From contig OZ059898.1 of assembly GCA_964057225.1 (NCBI GenBank), positions 19,902,001 to 19,966,000 of the forward strand: DNA of 64,000 nucleotides, in the 5' to 3' direction. Position numbers and translations under genes: made by a program. A model generated the notes under the pieces. The model was given only the letters and a program-made list of their open reading frames with translations. It was not told the origin of the DNA and searched no databases. Every line of letters begins with the position of its first letter. Positions within the stretch are counted from its first letter, which is position 1. Positions 12,030 to 25,700 of the stretch are shown one piece after another. Source of the DNA: Auanema rhodensis (Eukaryota > Animalia > Nematoda).

Positions 12030-15000
12030 TTGAAAAATGATGCATTAGTGTATTTTGAGTTTCCATGTACACTCAACATTGCTTCCAAAAACATTTTGAC
12101 AAAAATTTTTCCGAAAAATTTCAAAATAATTTCGCAAAAAGTAGATGTTTTTAGATTTTTTTTTTCAAGGCAAAGACGATGGACAAGGTTATTCAACGAA
12201 AAAATTAATTCTTCAGGGTGAAAATCGAGGATATAAGTGTGAACTTATATCAGTTGATATCTCGGTGCATTTTTAAGCTAGCGCAAATCTGATAACACAG
12301 ATCGACGCAGCTTAAAAATCCGCATCGAGTGCACTATACTACATTGAGAAACGCTTGATACAAAAATTAGTTATGATTGTTTGAAAAATGATGCATTAGT
12401 GTATTTTGAGTTTCCATGTACACTCAACATTGCTTCCAAAACATTTTGACAAAAATTTTTTCGAAAAATTTCAAAATAATTTAGCAAAAAGTAGCTGTTT
12501 TTAGATTCCTTTTTTCAAGGCAAAAACGATGGACAATGTTATTCAACGAAAAAATTAATTCTTCAGGGTGAAAATCGAGGATATAAGTGTGAACTTATAT
12601 CAGTTGATATCTCGGTGCATTTTTAAGCTAGCGCAAATCTGATAACACAGATCGACGCAGCTTAAAAATCCGCATCGAATGCACTATACTACATTGAGAA
12701 ACGCTTGATACAAAAATTAGTTATGATCGTTTGAAAAATGATGCATTAGTGTATTTTGAGTTTCCATGTACACTCAACATTGCTTCCAAAAACATTTTGA
12801 CAAAAATTTTTCCGAAAAATTTCAAAATAATTTCGCAAAAAGTAGATGGTTTTAGATTTTTTTTTTCAAGGCAAAGACGATGGACAAGGTTATTCAACGA
12901 AAAAATTAATTCTTCAGGGTGAAAATCGAGGATATAAGTGTGAACTTATATCAGTTGATATCTCGGTGCATTTTCAAGCTAGCGCAAATCTAATAACACA
13001 GATCGACGCAGCTTAAAAATCCGCATCGAATGCACTATACTAAATTGAGAAACGCTTGATACAAAAATTAGTTATGACCGTTTGAAAAATGATGCATTAG
13101 TGTATTTTGAGTTTCCATGTACACTCAACATTGCTTCCAAAAACATTTTGACAAAAATTTTTTCGAAAAATTTCAAAATAATTTCGCAAAAAGTAAATGT
13201 TTTTAGATTTCTTTTTTCAAGGCAAAGACGATGGACAATGTTATTCAACGAAAAAATTAATTCTTCAGGGTGAAAATCGAGGATATAAGTGTGAACTTAT
13301 ATCAGTTGATATCTCGGTGCATTTTTAAGCTAGCGCAAATCTGATAACACAGATCGACGCAGCTTAAAAATCCGCATCGAGTGCACTATAATACATTGAG
13401 AAACGCTTGATACAAAAATTAGTTATGATCGTTTGAAAAATGATGCATTAGTGTATTTTGAGTTTCCATGTACATTCAACATTGCTTCCAAAAACATTTT
13501 GACAAAAATTTTTCCGAAAAATTTCAAAATAATTTCGCAAAAAGTAGATGTTTTTAGATTTTTTTTTTCAAGGCAAAGACGATGGACAAGGTTATTCAAC
13601 GAAAAAATTGATTCTTCAGGGTGAAAATCGAGGATATAAGTGTGAACTTATATCAGTTGATATCTCGGTGCATTTTTCAGCTAGCGCAAATCTGATAACA
13701 CAGATCGACGCAGCTTAAAAATCCGCATCGAATGCACTATACTACATTGAGAAACGCTTGATACAAAAATTAGTTATGATCGTTTGAAAAATGATGCATT
13801 AGTGTATTTTGAGTTTCCATGTACACTCAACATTGCTTCCAAAAACATTTTGACAAAAATTTTTCCGAAAAATTTCAAAATAATTTCGCAAAAAGTAGAT
13901 GTTTAAAAATTTTTTTTCAAGGCAAAGACGATGGACAATGTTATTCAACGAAAAAATTAATTCTTCAGGGTGAAAATCGAGGATATAAGTGTGAACTTAT
14001 ATCAGTTGATATCTCGGTGCATTTTTAAGCTAGCGCAAATCTGATAACACAGATCGACGCAGCTTAAAAATCCGCATCGAGTGCACTATACTACATTGAG
14101 AAACGCTTGATACAAAAATTAGTTATGATCGTTTGAAAAATGATGCATTAGTGTATTTTGAGTTTCCATGTACATTCAACATTGCTTCCAAAAACATTTT
14201 GACAAAAATTTTTCCGAAAAATTTCAAAATAATTTCGCAAAAAGTAGATGTTTTTAGATTTTTTTTTTCAAGGCAAAGACGATGGACAAGGTTATTCAAC
14301 GAAAAAATTGATTCTTCAGGGTGAAAATCGAGGATATAAGTGTGAACTTATATCAGTTGATATCTCGGTGCATTTTTCAGCTAGCGCAAATCTGATAACA
14401 CAGATCGACGCAGCTTAAAAATCCGCATCGAATGCACTATACTACATTGAGAAACGCTTGATACAAAAATTAGTTATGATCGTTTGAAAAATGATGCATT
14501 AGTGTATTTTGAGTTTCCATGTACACTCAACATTGCTTCCAAAAACATTTTGACAAAAATTTTTCCGAATCTTTTCAAAATAATTTCGCAAAAAGTAGAT
14601 GTTTTTAGATTTTTTTTTTCAAGGCAAAGACGATGGACAAGGTTATTCAACGAAAAAATTAATTCTTCAGGGTGAAAATCGAGGATATAAGTGTGAACTT
14701 ATATCAGTTGATATCTCGGTGCATTTTTAAGCTAGCGCAAATCTGATAACACAGATCGACGCAGCTTAAAAATCCGCATCGAGTGCACTATACTACATTG
14801 AGAAACGCTTGATACAAAAATTAGTTATGATCGTTTGAAAAATGATGCATTAGTGTATTTTGAGTTTCCATGTACACTCAACATTGCTTCCAAAAACATT
14901 TTGACAAAAATTTTTCCGAAAAATTTCAAAATAATTTCGCAAAAAGTAGATGTTTTTAGATTTTTTTTTTCAAGGCAAAGACGATGGACAAGGTTATTCA

Positions 15001-18000
15001 ACGAAAAAATTAATTCTTCAGGGTGAAAATCGAGGATATAAGTGTGAACTTATATCAGTTGATATCTCGGTGCATTTTTAAGCTAGCGCAAATCTGATAA
15101 CACAGATCGACGCAGCTTAAAAATCCGCATCGAGTGCACTATACTACATTGAGAAACGCTTGATTCAAAAATTAGTTATGATCGTTTGAAAAATGATGCA
15201 TTAGTGTATTTTGAGTTTCCATGTACACTCAACATTGCTTCCAAAAACATTTTGACAAAAATTTTTCCGAAAAATTTCAAAATAATTTCGCAAAAAGTAG
15301 ATGTTTTTAGATTTTTTTTTCAAGGCAAAGACGATGGACAAGGTTATTCAACGAAAAAATTAATTCTTCAGGGTGAAAATCGAGGATATAAGTGTGAACT
15401 TATATCAGTTGATATCTCGGTGCATTTTTAAGCTAGCGCAAATCTGATAACACAGATCGACGCAGCTTAAAAATCCGCATCGAGTGCACTATACTACATT
15501 AAGAAACGCTTGATACAAAAATTAGTTATGATCGTTTGAAAAATGATGCATTAGTGTATTTTGAGTTTCCATGTACATTCAACATTGCTTCCAAAAACAT
15601 TTTGACAAAAATTTTTCCGAAAAATTTCAAAATAATTTAGCAAAAAGTAGCTGTTTTTAGATTCCTTTTTTCAAGGCAAAAACGATGGACAATGTTATTC
15701 AACGAAAAAATTAATTCTTCAGGGTGAAAATCGAGGATATAAGTGTGAACTTATATCAGTTGATATCTCGGTGCATTTTTAAGCTAGCGCAAATCTGATA
15801 ACACAGATCGACGCAGCTTAAAAATCCGCATCGAATGCACTATACTACATTGAGAAACGCTTGATACAAAAATTAGTTATGATCGTTTGAAAAATGATGC
15901 ATTAGTGTATTTTGAGTTTCCATGTACACTCAACATTGCTTCCAAAAACATTTTGACAAAAATTTTTCCGAAAAATTTCAAAATAATTTCGCAAAAAGTA
16001 GATGGTTTTAGATTTTTTTTTTCAAGGCAAAGACGATGGACAAGGTTATTCAACGAAAAAATTAATTCTTCAGGGTGAAAATCGAGGATATAAGTGTGAA
16101 CTTATATCAGTTGATATCTCGGTGCATTTTCAAGCTAGCGCAAATCTAATAACACAGATCGACGCAGCTTAAAAATCCGCATCGAATGCACTATACTAAA
16201 TTGAGAAACGCTTGATACAAAAATTAGTTATGACCGTTTGAAAAATGATGCATTAGTGTATTTTGAGTTTCCATGTACACTCAACATTGCTTCCAAAAAC
16301 ATTTTGACAAAAATTTTTTCGAAAAATTTCAAAATAATTTCGCAAAAAGTAAATGTTTTTAGATTTCTTTTTTCAAGGCAAAGACGATGGACAATGTTAT
16401 TCAACGAAAAAATTAATTCTTCAGGGTGAAAATCGAGGATATAAGTGTGAACTTATATCAGTTGATATCTCGGTGCATTTTTAAGCTAGCGCAAATCTGA
16501 TAACACAGATCGACGCAGCTTAAAAATCCGCATCGAGTGCACTATACTACATTGAGAAACGCTTGATACAAAAATTAGTTATGATCGTTTGAAAAATGAT
16601 GCATTAGTGTATTTTGAGTTTCCATGTACATTCAACATTGCTTCCAAAAACATTTTGACAAAAATTTTTCCGAAAAATTTCAAAATAATTTCGCAAAAAG
16701 TAGATGTTTTTAGATTTTTTTTTTCAAGGCAAAGACGATGGACAAGGTTATTCAACGAAAAAATTGATTCTTCAGGGTGAAAATCGAGGATATAAGTGTG
16801 AACTTATATCAGTTGATATCTCGGTGCATTTTTAAGCTAGCGCAAATCTGATAACACAGATCGACGCAGCTTAAAAATCCGCATCGAATGCACTATACTA
16901 CATTGAGAAACGCTTAATACAAAAATTAGTTATGATCGTTTGAAAAATGATGCATTAGTGTATTTTGAGTTTCCATGTACACTCAACATTGCTTCCAAAA
17001 ACATTTTGACAAAAATTTTTCCGAAAAATTTCAAAATAATTTCGCAAAAAGTAGATGTTTTTAGATTTTTTTTTTCAAGGCAAAGACGATGGACAAGGTT
17101 ATTCAACGAAAAAATTGATTCTTCCGGGTGAAAATCGAGGATATAAGTGTGAACTTATATCAGTTGATATCTCAGTGCATTTTTCAGCTAGCGCAAATCT
17201 GATAACACAGATCGACGCAGCTTAAAAATCCGCATCGAATGCACTATACTACATTGAGAAACGCTTAATACAAAAATTAGTTATGATCGTTTGAAAAATG
17301 ATGCATTAGTGTATTTTGAGTTTCCATGTACACTCAACATTGCTTCCAAAAACATTTTGACAAAAATTTTTCCGAAAAATTTCAAAATAATTTCGCAAAA
17401 AGTAGATGTTTTTAGATTTTTTTTTATCAAGGCAAAGACGATGGACAATGTTATTCAACGAAAAAATTAATTCTTCAGGGTGAAAATCGAGGATATAAGT
17501 GTGAACTTATATCAGTTGATATCTCGGTGCATTTTTAAGCTAGCGCAAATCTGATAACACAGATCGACGCAGCTTAAAAATCCGCATCGAGTGCACTATA
17601 CTACATTGAGAAACGCTTGATTCAAAAATTAGTTATGATCGTTTGAAAAATGATGCATTAGTGTATTTTGAGTTTCCATGTACACTCAACATTGCTTCCA
17701 AAAACATTTTGACAAAAATTTTTCCGAAAAATTTCAAAATAATTTCGCAAAAAGTAGATGTTTTTAGATTTTTTTTTCAAGGCAAAGACGATGGACAAGG
17801 TTATTCAACGAAAAAATTAATTCTTCAGGGTGAAAATCGAGGATATAAGTGTGAACTTATATCAGTTGATATCTCGGTGCATTTTTAAGCTAGCGCAAAT
17901 CTGATAACACAGATCGACGCAGCTTAAAAATCCGCATCGAGTGCACTATACTACATTAAGAAACGCTTGATACAAAAATTAGTTATGATCGTTTGAAAAA

Positions 18001-18499
18001 TGATGCATTAGTGTATTTTGAGTTTCCATGTACATTCAACATTGCTTCCAAAAACATTTTGACAAAAATTTTTCCGAAAAATTTCAAAATAATTTCGCAA
18101 AAAGTAGATGTTTTTAGATTTTTTTTTTCAAGGCAAAGACGATGGACAAGGTTATTCAACGAAAAAATTGATTCTTCAGGGTGAAAATCGAGGATATAAG
18201 TGTGAACTTATATCAGTTGATATCTCGGTGCATTTTTCAGCTAGCGCAAATCTGATAACACAGATCGACGCAGCTTAAAAATCCGCATCGAATGCACTAT
18301 ACTACATTGAGAAACGCTTGATACAAAAATTAGTTATGATCGTTTGAAAAATGATGCATTAGTGTATTTTGAGTTTCCATGTACACTCAACATTGCTTCC
18401 AAAAACATTTTGACAAAAATTTTTCCGAAAAATTTCAAAATAATTTCGCAAAAAGTAGATGTTTTTAGATTTTTTTTTTCAAGGCAAAGACGATGGACA

Positions 18500-21400
18500 A
18501 TGTTATTCAACGAAAAAATTAATTCTTCAGGGTGAAAATCGAGGATATAAGTGTGAACTTATATCAGTTGATATCTCGGTGCATTTTTAAGCTAGCGCAA
18601 ATCTGATAACACAGATCGACGCAGCTTAAAAATCCGCATCAAATGCACTATACTACATTGAGAAACGCTTGATACAAAAATTAGTTATGATCGTTTGAAA
18701 AATGATGCATTAGTGTATTTTGAGTTTCCATGTACATTCAACATTGCTTCCAAAAACATTTTGACAAAAATTTTTCCGAAAAATTTCAAAATAATTTCGC
18801 AAAAAGTAGATGTTTTTAGATTTTTTTTTCAAGGCAAAGACGATGGACAAGGTTATTCAACGAAAAAATTGATTCTTCAGGGTGAAAATCGAGGATATAA
18901 GTGTGAACTTATATCAGTTGATATCTCGGTGCATTTTTCAGCTAGCGCAAATCTGATAACACAGATCGACGCAGCTTAAAAATCCGCATCGAATGCACTA
19001 TACTACATTGAGAAACGCTTGATACAAAAATTAGTTATGATCGTTTGAAAAATGATGCATTAGTGTATTTTGAGTTTCCATGTACACTCAACATTGCTTC
19101 CAAAAACATTTTGACAAAAATTTTTCCGAAAAATTTCAAAATAATTTCGCAAAAAGTAGATGTTTTTAGATTTTTTTTTTCAAGGCAAAGACGATGGACA
19201 AGGTTATTCAACGAAAAAATTAATTCTTCAGGGTGAAAATCGAGGATATAAGTGTGAACTTATATCAGTTGATATCTCGGTGCATTTTTAAGCTAGCGCA
19301 AATCTGATAACACAGATCGACGCAGCTTAAAAATCCGCATCGAGTGCACTATACTACATTGAGAAACGCTTGATACAAAAATTAGTTATGATCGTTTGAA
19401 AAATGATGCATTAGTGTATTTTGAGTTTCCATGTACATTCAACATTGCTTCCAAAAACATTTTGACAAAAATTTTTCCGAAAAACTTCAAAATAATTTCG
19501 CAAAAAGTAGATGTTTTTAGATTTTTTTTTTCAAGGCAAAGACGATGGACAAGGTTATTCAACGAAAAAATTGATTCTTCAGGGTGAAAATCGAGGATAT
19601 AAGTGTGAACTTATATCAGTTGATATCTCGGTGCATTTTTCAGCTAGCGCAAATCTGATAACACAGATCGACGCAGCTTAAAAATCCGCATCGAATGCAC
19701 TATACTACATTGAGAAACGCTTGATACAAAAATTAGTTATGATCGTTTGAAAAATGATGCATTAGTGTATTTTGAGTTTCCATGTACACTCAACATTGCT
19801 TCCAAAAACATTTTGACAAAAATTTTTCCGAAAAATTTCAAAATAATTTCGCAAAAAGTAGATGTTTTTAGATTTTTTTTTTCAAGGCAAAGACGATGGA
19901 CAATGTTATTCAACGAAAAAATTAATTCTTCAGGGTGAAAATCGAGGATATAAGTGTGAACTTATATCAGTTGATATCTCGGTGCATTTTTAAGCTAGCG
20001 CAAATCTGATAACACAGATCGACGCAGCTTAAAAATCCGCATCGAGTGCACTATACTACATTGAGAAACGCTTGATACAAAAATTAGTTATGATCGTTTG
20101 AAAAATGATGCATTAGTGTATTTTGAGTTTCCATGTACATTCAACATTGCTTCCAAAAACATTTTGACAAAAATTTTTCCGAAAAATTTCAAAATAATTT
20201 CGCAAAAAGTAGATGTTTTTAGATTTTTTTTTTCAAGGCAAAGACGATGGACAAGGTTATTCAACGAAAAAATTGATTCTTCAGGGTGAAAATCGAGGAT
20301 ATAAGTGTGAACTTATATCAGTTGATATCTCGGTGCATTTTTAAGCTAGCGCAAATCTGATAACACAGATCGACGCAGCTTAAAAATCCGCATCGAGTGC
20401 ACTATACTACATTGAGAAACGCTTGATACAAAAATTAGTTATGATCGTTTGAAAAATGATGCATTAGTGTATTTTGAGTTTCCATGTACATTCAACATTG
20501 CTTCCAAAAACATTTTGACAAAAATTTTTCCGAAAAATTTCAAAATAATTTCGCAAAAAGTAGATGTTTTTAGATTTTTTTTTTCAAGGCAAAGACGATG
20601 GACAATGTTATTCAACGAAAAAATTAATTCTTCAGGGTGAAAATCGAGGATATAAGTGTGAACTTATATCAGTTGATATCTCGGTGCATTTTTAAGCTAG
20701 CGCAAATCTGATAACACAGATCGACGCAGCTTAAAAATCCGCATCAAATGCACTATACTACATTGAGAAACGCTTGATACAAAAATTAGTTATGATCGTT
20801 TGAAAAATGATGCATTAGTGTATTTTGAGTTTCCATGTACATTCAACATTGCTTCCAAAAACATTTTGACAAAAATTTTTCCGAAAAATTTCAAAATAAT
20901 TTCGCAAAAAGTAGATGTTTTTAGATTTTTTTTTCAAGGCAAAGACGATGGACAAGGTTATTCAACGAAAAAATTGATTCTTCAGGGTGAAAATCGAGGA
21001 TATAAGTGTGAACTTATATCAGTTGATATCTCGGTGCATTTTTCAGCTAGCGCAAATCTGATAACACAGATCGACGCAGCTTAAAAATCCGCATCGAATG
21101 CACTATACTACATTGAGAAACGCTTGATACAAAAATTAGTTATGATCGTTTGAAAAATGATGCATTAGTGTATTTTGAGTTTCCATGTACACTCAACATT
21201 GCTTCCAAAAACATTTTGACAAAAATTTTTCCGAAAAATTTCAAAATAATTTCGCAAAAAGTAGATGTTTTTAGATTTTTTTTTTCAAGGCAAAGACGAT
21301 GGACAAGGTTATTCAACGAAAAAATTAATTCTTCAGGGTGAAAATCGAGGATATAAGTGTGAACTTATATCAGTTGATATCTCGGTGCATTTTTAAGCTA

Positions 21401-22700
21401 GCGCAAATCTGATAACACAGATCGACGCAGCTTAAAAATCCGCATCGAGTGCACTATACTACATTGAGAAACGCTTGATACAAAAATTAGTTATGATCGT
21501 TTGAAAAATGATGCATTAGTGTATTTTGAGTTTCCATGTACATTCAACATTGCTTCCAAAAACATTTTGACAAAAATTTTTCCGAAAAACTTCAAAATAA
21601 TTTCGCAAAAAGTAGATGTTTTTAGATTTTTTTTTTCAAGGCAAAGACGATGGACAAGGTTATTCAACGAAAAAATTGATTCTTCAGGGTGAAAATCGAG
21701 GATATAAGTGTGAACTTATATCAGTTGATATCTCGGTGCATTTTTCAGCTAGCGCAAATCTGATAACACAGATCGACGCAGCTTAAAAATCCGCATCGAA
21801 TGCACTATACTACATTGAGAAACGCTTGATACAAAAATTAGTTATGATCGTTTGAAAAATGATGCATTAGTGTATTTTGAGTTTCCATGTACACTCAACA
21901 TTGCTTCCAAAAACATTTTGACAAAAATTTTTCCGAAAAATTTCAAAATAATTTCGCAAAAAGTAGATGTTTTTAGATTTTTTTTTTCAAGGCAAAGACG
22001 ATGGACAATGTTATTCAACGAAAAAATTAATTCTTCAGGGTGAAAATCGAGGATATAAGTGTGAACTTATATCAGTTGATATCTCGGTGCATTTTTAAGC
22101 TAGCGCAAATCTGATAACACAGATCGACGCAGCTTAAAAATCCGCATCGAGTGCACTATACTACATTGAGAAACGCTTGATACAAAAATTAGTTATGATC
22201 GTTTGAAAAATGATGCATTAGTGTATTTTGAGTTTCCATGTACATTCAACATTGCTTCCAAAAACATTTTGACAAAAATTTTTCCGAAAAATTTCAAAAT
22301 AATTTCGCAAAAAGTAGATGTTTTTAGATTTTTTTTTTCAAGGCAAAGACGATGGACAAGGTTATTCAACGAAAAAATTGATTCTTCAGGGTGAAAATCG
22401 AGGATATAAGTGTGAACTTATATCAGTTGATATCTCGGTGCATTTTTAAGCTAGCGCAAATCTGATAACACAGATCGACGCAGCTTAAAAATCCGCATCG
22501 AGTGCACTATACTACATTGAGAAACGCTTGATACAAAAATTAGTTATGATCGTTTGAAAAATGATGCATTAGTGTATTTTGAGTTTCCATGTACATTCAA
22601 CATTGCTTCCAAAAACATTTTGACAAAAATTTTTCCGAAAAATTTCAAAATAATTTCGCAAAAAGTAGATGTTTTTAGATTTTTTTTTTCAAGGCAAAGA
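18500..22700. repeat. Tandem duplication of a 6-monomer (2105-bp) block
   Basis: Private AAAACTTC at 19485/21590. The T9 monomers start at 18695/20800, each preceded by GCATCAAATG. Boundaries are approximate. Confidence 0.85.
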
Positions 22701-25700
22701 CGATGGACAAGGTTATTCAACGAAAAAATTGATTCTTCAGGGTGAAAATCGAGGATATAAGTGTGAACTTATATCAGTTGATATCTCGGTGCATTTTTCA
22801 GCTAGCGCAAATCTGATAACACAGATCGACGCAGCTTAAAAATCCGCATCGAATGCACTATACTACATTGAGAAACGCTTGATACAAAAATTAGTTATGA
22901 TCGTTTGAAAAATGATGCATTAGTGTATTTTGAGTTTCCATGTACATTCAACATTGCTTCCAAAAACATTTTGACAAAAATTTTTCCGAAAAATTTCAAA
23001 ATAATTTCGCAAAAAGTAGATGTTTTTAGATTTTTTTTTTCAAGGCAAAGACGATGGACAATGTTATTCAACGAAAAAATTAATTCTTCAGGGTGAAAAT
23101 CGAGGATATAAGTGTGAACTTATATCAGTTGATATCTCGGTGCATTTTTCAGCTAGCGCAAATCTGATAACACAGATCGACGCAGCTTAAAAATCCGCAT
23201 CGAATGCACTATACTACATTGAGAAACGCTTGATACAAAAATTAGTTATGATCGTTTGAAAAATGATGCATTAGTGTATTTTGAGTTTCCATGTACATTC
23301 AACATTGCTTCCAAAAACATTTTGACAAAAATTTTTCCGAAAAATTTCAAAATAATTTCGCAAAAAGTAGATGTTTTTAGATTTTTTTTTTCAAGGCAAA
23401 GACGATGGACAAGGTTATTCAACGAAAAAATTGATTCTTCAGGGTGAAAATCGAGGATATAAGTGTGAACTTATATCAGTTGATATCTCGGTGCATTTTT
23501 CAGCTAGCGCAAATCTGATAACACAGATCGACGCAGCTTAAAAATCCGCATCGAATGCACTATACTACATTGAGAAACGCTTGATACAAAAATTAGTTAT
23601 GATCGTTTGAAAAATGATGCATTAGTGTATTTTGAGTTTCCATGTACATTCAACATTGCTTCCAAAAACATTTTGACAAAAATTTTTCCGAAAAATTTCA
23701 AAATAATTTCGCAAAAAGTAGATGTTTTTAGATTTTTTTTTTCAAGGCAAAGACGATGGACAAGGTTATTCAACGAAAAAATTGATTCTTCAGGGTGAAA
23801 ATCGAGGATATAAGTGTGAACTTATATCAGTTGATATCTCGGTGCATTTTTCAGCTAGCGCAAATCTGATAACACAGATCGACGCAGCTTAAAAATCCGC
23901 ATCGAATGCACTATACTACATTGAGAAACGCTTGATACAAAAATTAGTTATGATCGTTTGAAAAATGATGCATTAGTGTATTTTGAGTTTCCATGTACAC
24001 TCAACATTGCTTCCAAAAACATTTTGACAAAAATTTTTCCGAAAAATTTCAAAATAATTTCGCAAAAAGTAGATGTTTTTAGATTTTTTTTTTCAAGGCA
24101 AAGACGATGGACAATGTTATTCAACGAAAAAATTAATTCTTCAGGGTGAAAATCGAGGATATAAGTGTGAACTTATATCAGTTGATATCTCGGTGCATTT
24201 TTAAGCTAGCACAAATCTGATAACACAGATCGACGCAGCTTAAAAATCCGCATCGAGTGCACTATACTACATTGAGAAACGCTTGATACAAAAATTAGTT
24301 ATGATCGTTTGAAAAATGATGCATTAGTGTATTTTGAGTTTCCATGTACATTCAACATTGCTTCCAAAAACATTTTGACAAAAATTTTTCCGAAAAATTT
24401 CAAAATAATTTCGCAAAAAGTAGATGTTTTTAGATTTTTTTTTTCAAGGCAAAGACGATGGACAAGGTTATTCAACGAAAAAATTGATTCTTCAGGGTGA
24501 AAATCGAGGATATAAGTGTGAACTTATATCAGTTGATATCTCGGTGCATTTTTCAGCTAGCGCAAATCTGATAACACAGATCGACGCAGCTTAAAAATCC
24601 GCATCGAATGCACTATACTACATTGAGAAACGCTTGATACAAAAATTAGTTATGATCGTTTGAAAAATGATGCATTAGTGTATTTTGAGTTTCCATGTAC
24701 ATTCAACATTGCTTCCAAAAACATTTTGACAAAAATTTTTCCGAAAAATTTCAAAATAATTTCGCAAAAAGTAGATGTTTTTAGATTTTTTTTTTCAAGG
24801 CAAAGACGATGGACAAGGTTATTCAACGAAAAAATTGATTCTTCAGGGTGAAAATCGAGGATATAAGTGTGAACTTATATCAGTTGATATCTCGGTGCAT
24901 TTTTAAGCTAGCACAAATCTGATAACACAGATCGACGCAGCTTAAAAATCCGCATCGAGTGCACTATACTACATTGAGAAACGCTTGATACAAAAATTAG
25001 TTATGATCGTTTGAAAAATGATGCATTAGTGTATTTTGAGTTTCCATGTACATTCAACATTGCTTCCAAAAACATTTTGACAAAAATTTTTCCGAAAAAT
25101 TTCAAAATAATTTCGCAAAAAGTAGATGTTTTTAGATTTTTTTTTTCAAGGCAAAGACGATGGACAAGGTTATTCAACGAAAAAATTGATTCTTCAGGGT
25201 GAAAATCGAGGATATAAGTGTGAACTTATATCAGTTGATATCTCGGTGCATTTTTCAGCTAGCGCAAATCTGATAACACAGATCGACGCAGCTTAAAAAT
25301 CCGCATCGAATGCACTATACTACATTGAGAAACGCTTGATACAAAAATTAGTTATGATCGTTTGAAAAATGATGCATTAGTGTATTTTGAGTTTCCATGT
25401 ACATTCAACATTGCTTCCAAAAACATTTTGACAAAAATTTTTCCGAAAAATTTCAAAATAATTTAGCAAAAAGTAGATGTTTTTAGATTTTTTTTTTCAA
25501 GGCAAAGACGATGGACAAGGTTATTCAACGAAAAAATTAATTCTTCAGGGTGAAAATCGAGGATATAAGTGTGAACATATATCAGTTGATATCTCGGTGC
25601 ATTTTTAAGCTAGCGCAAATCTGATAACACAGATCGATGCAGCTTAAAAATTCGCATCGAGTGCACTATACTACATTGAGAAACGCTTGATACAAAAATT

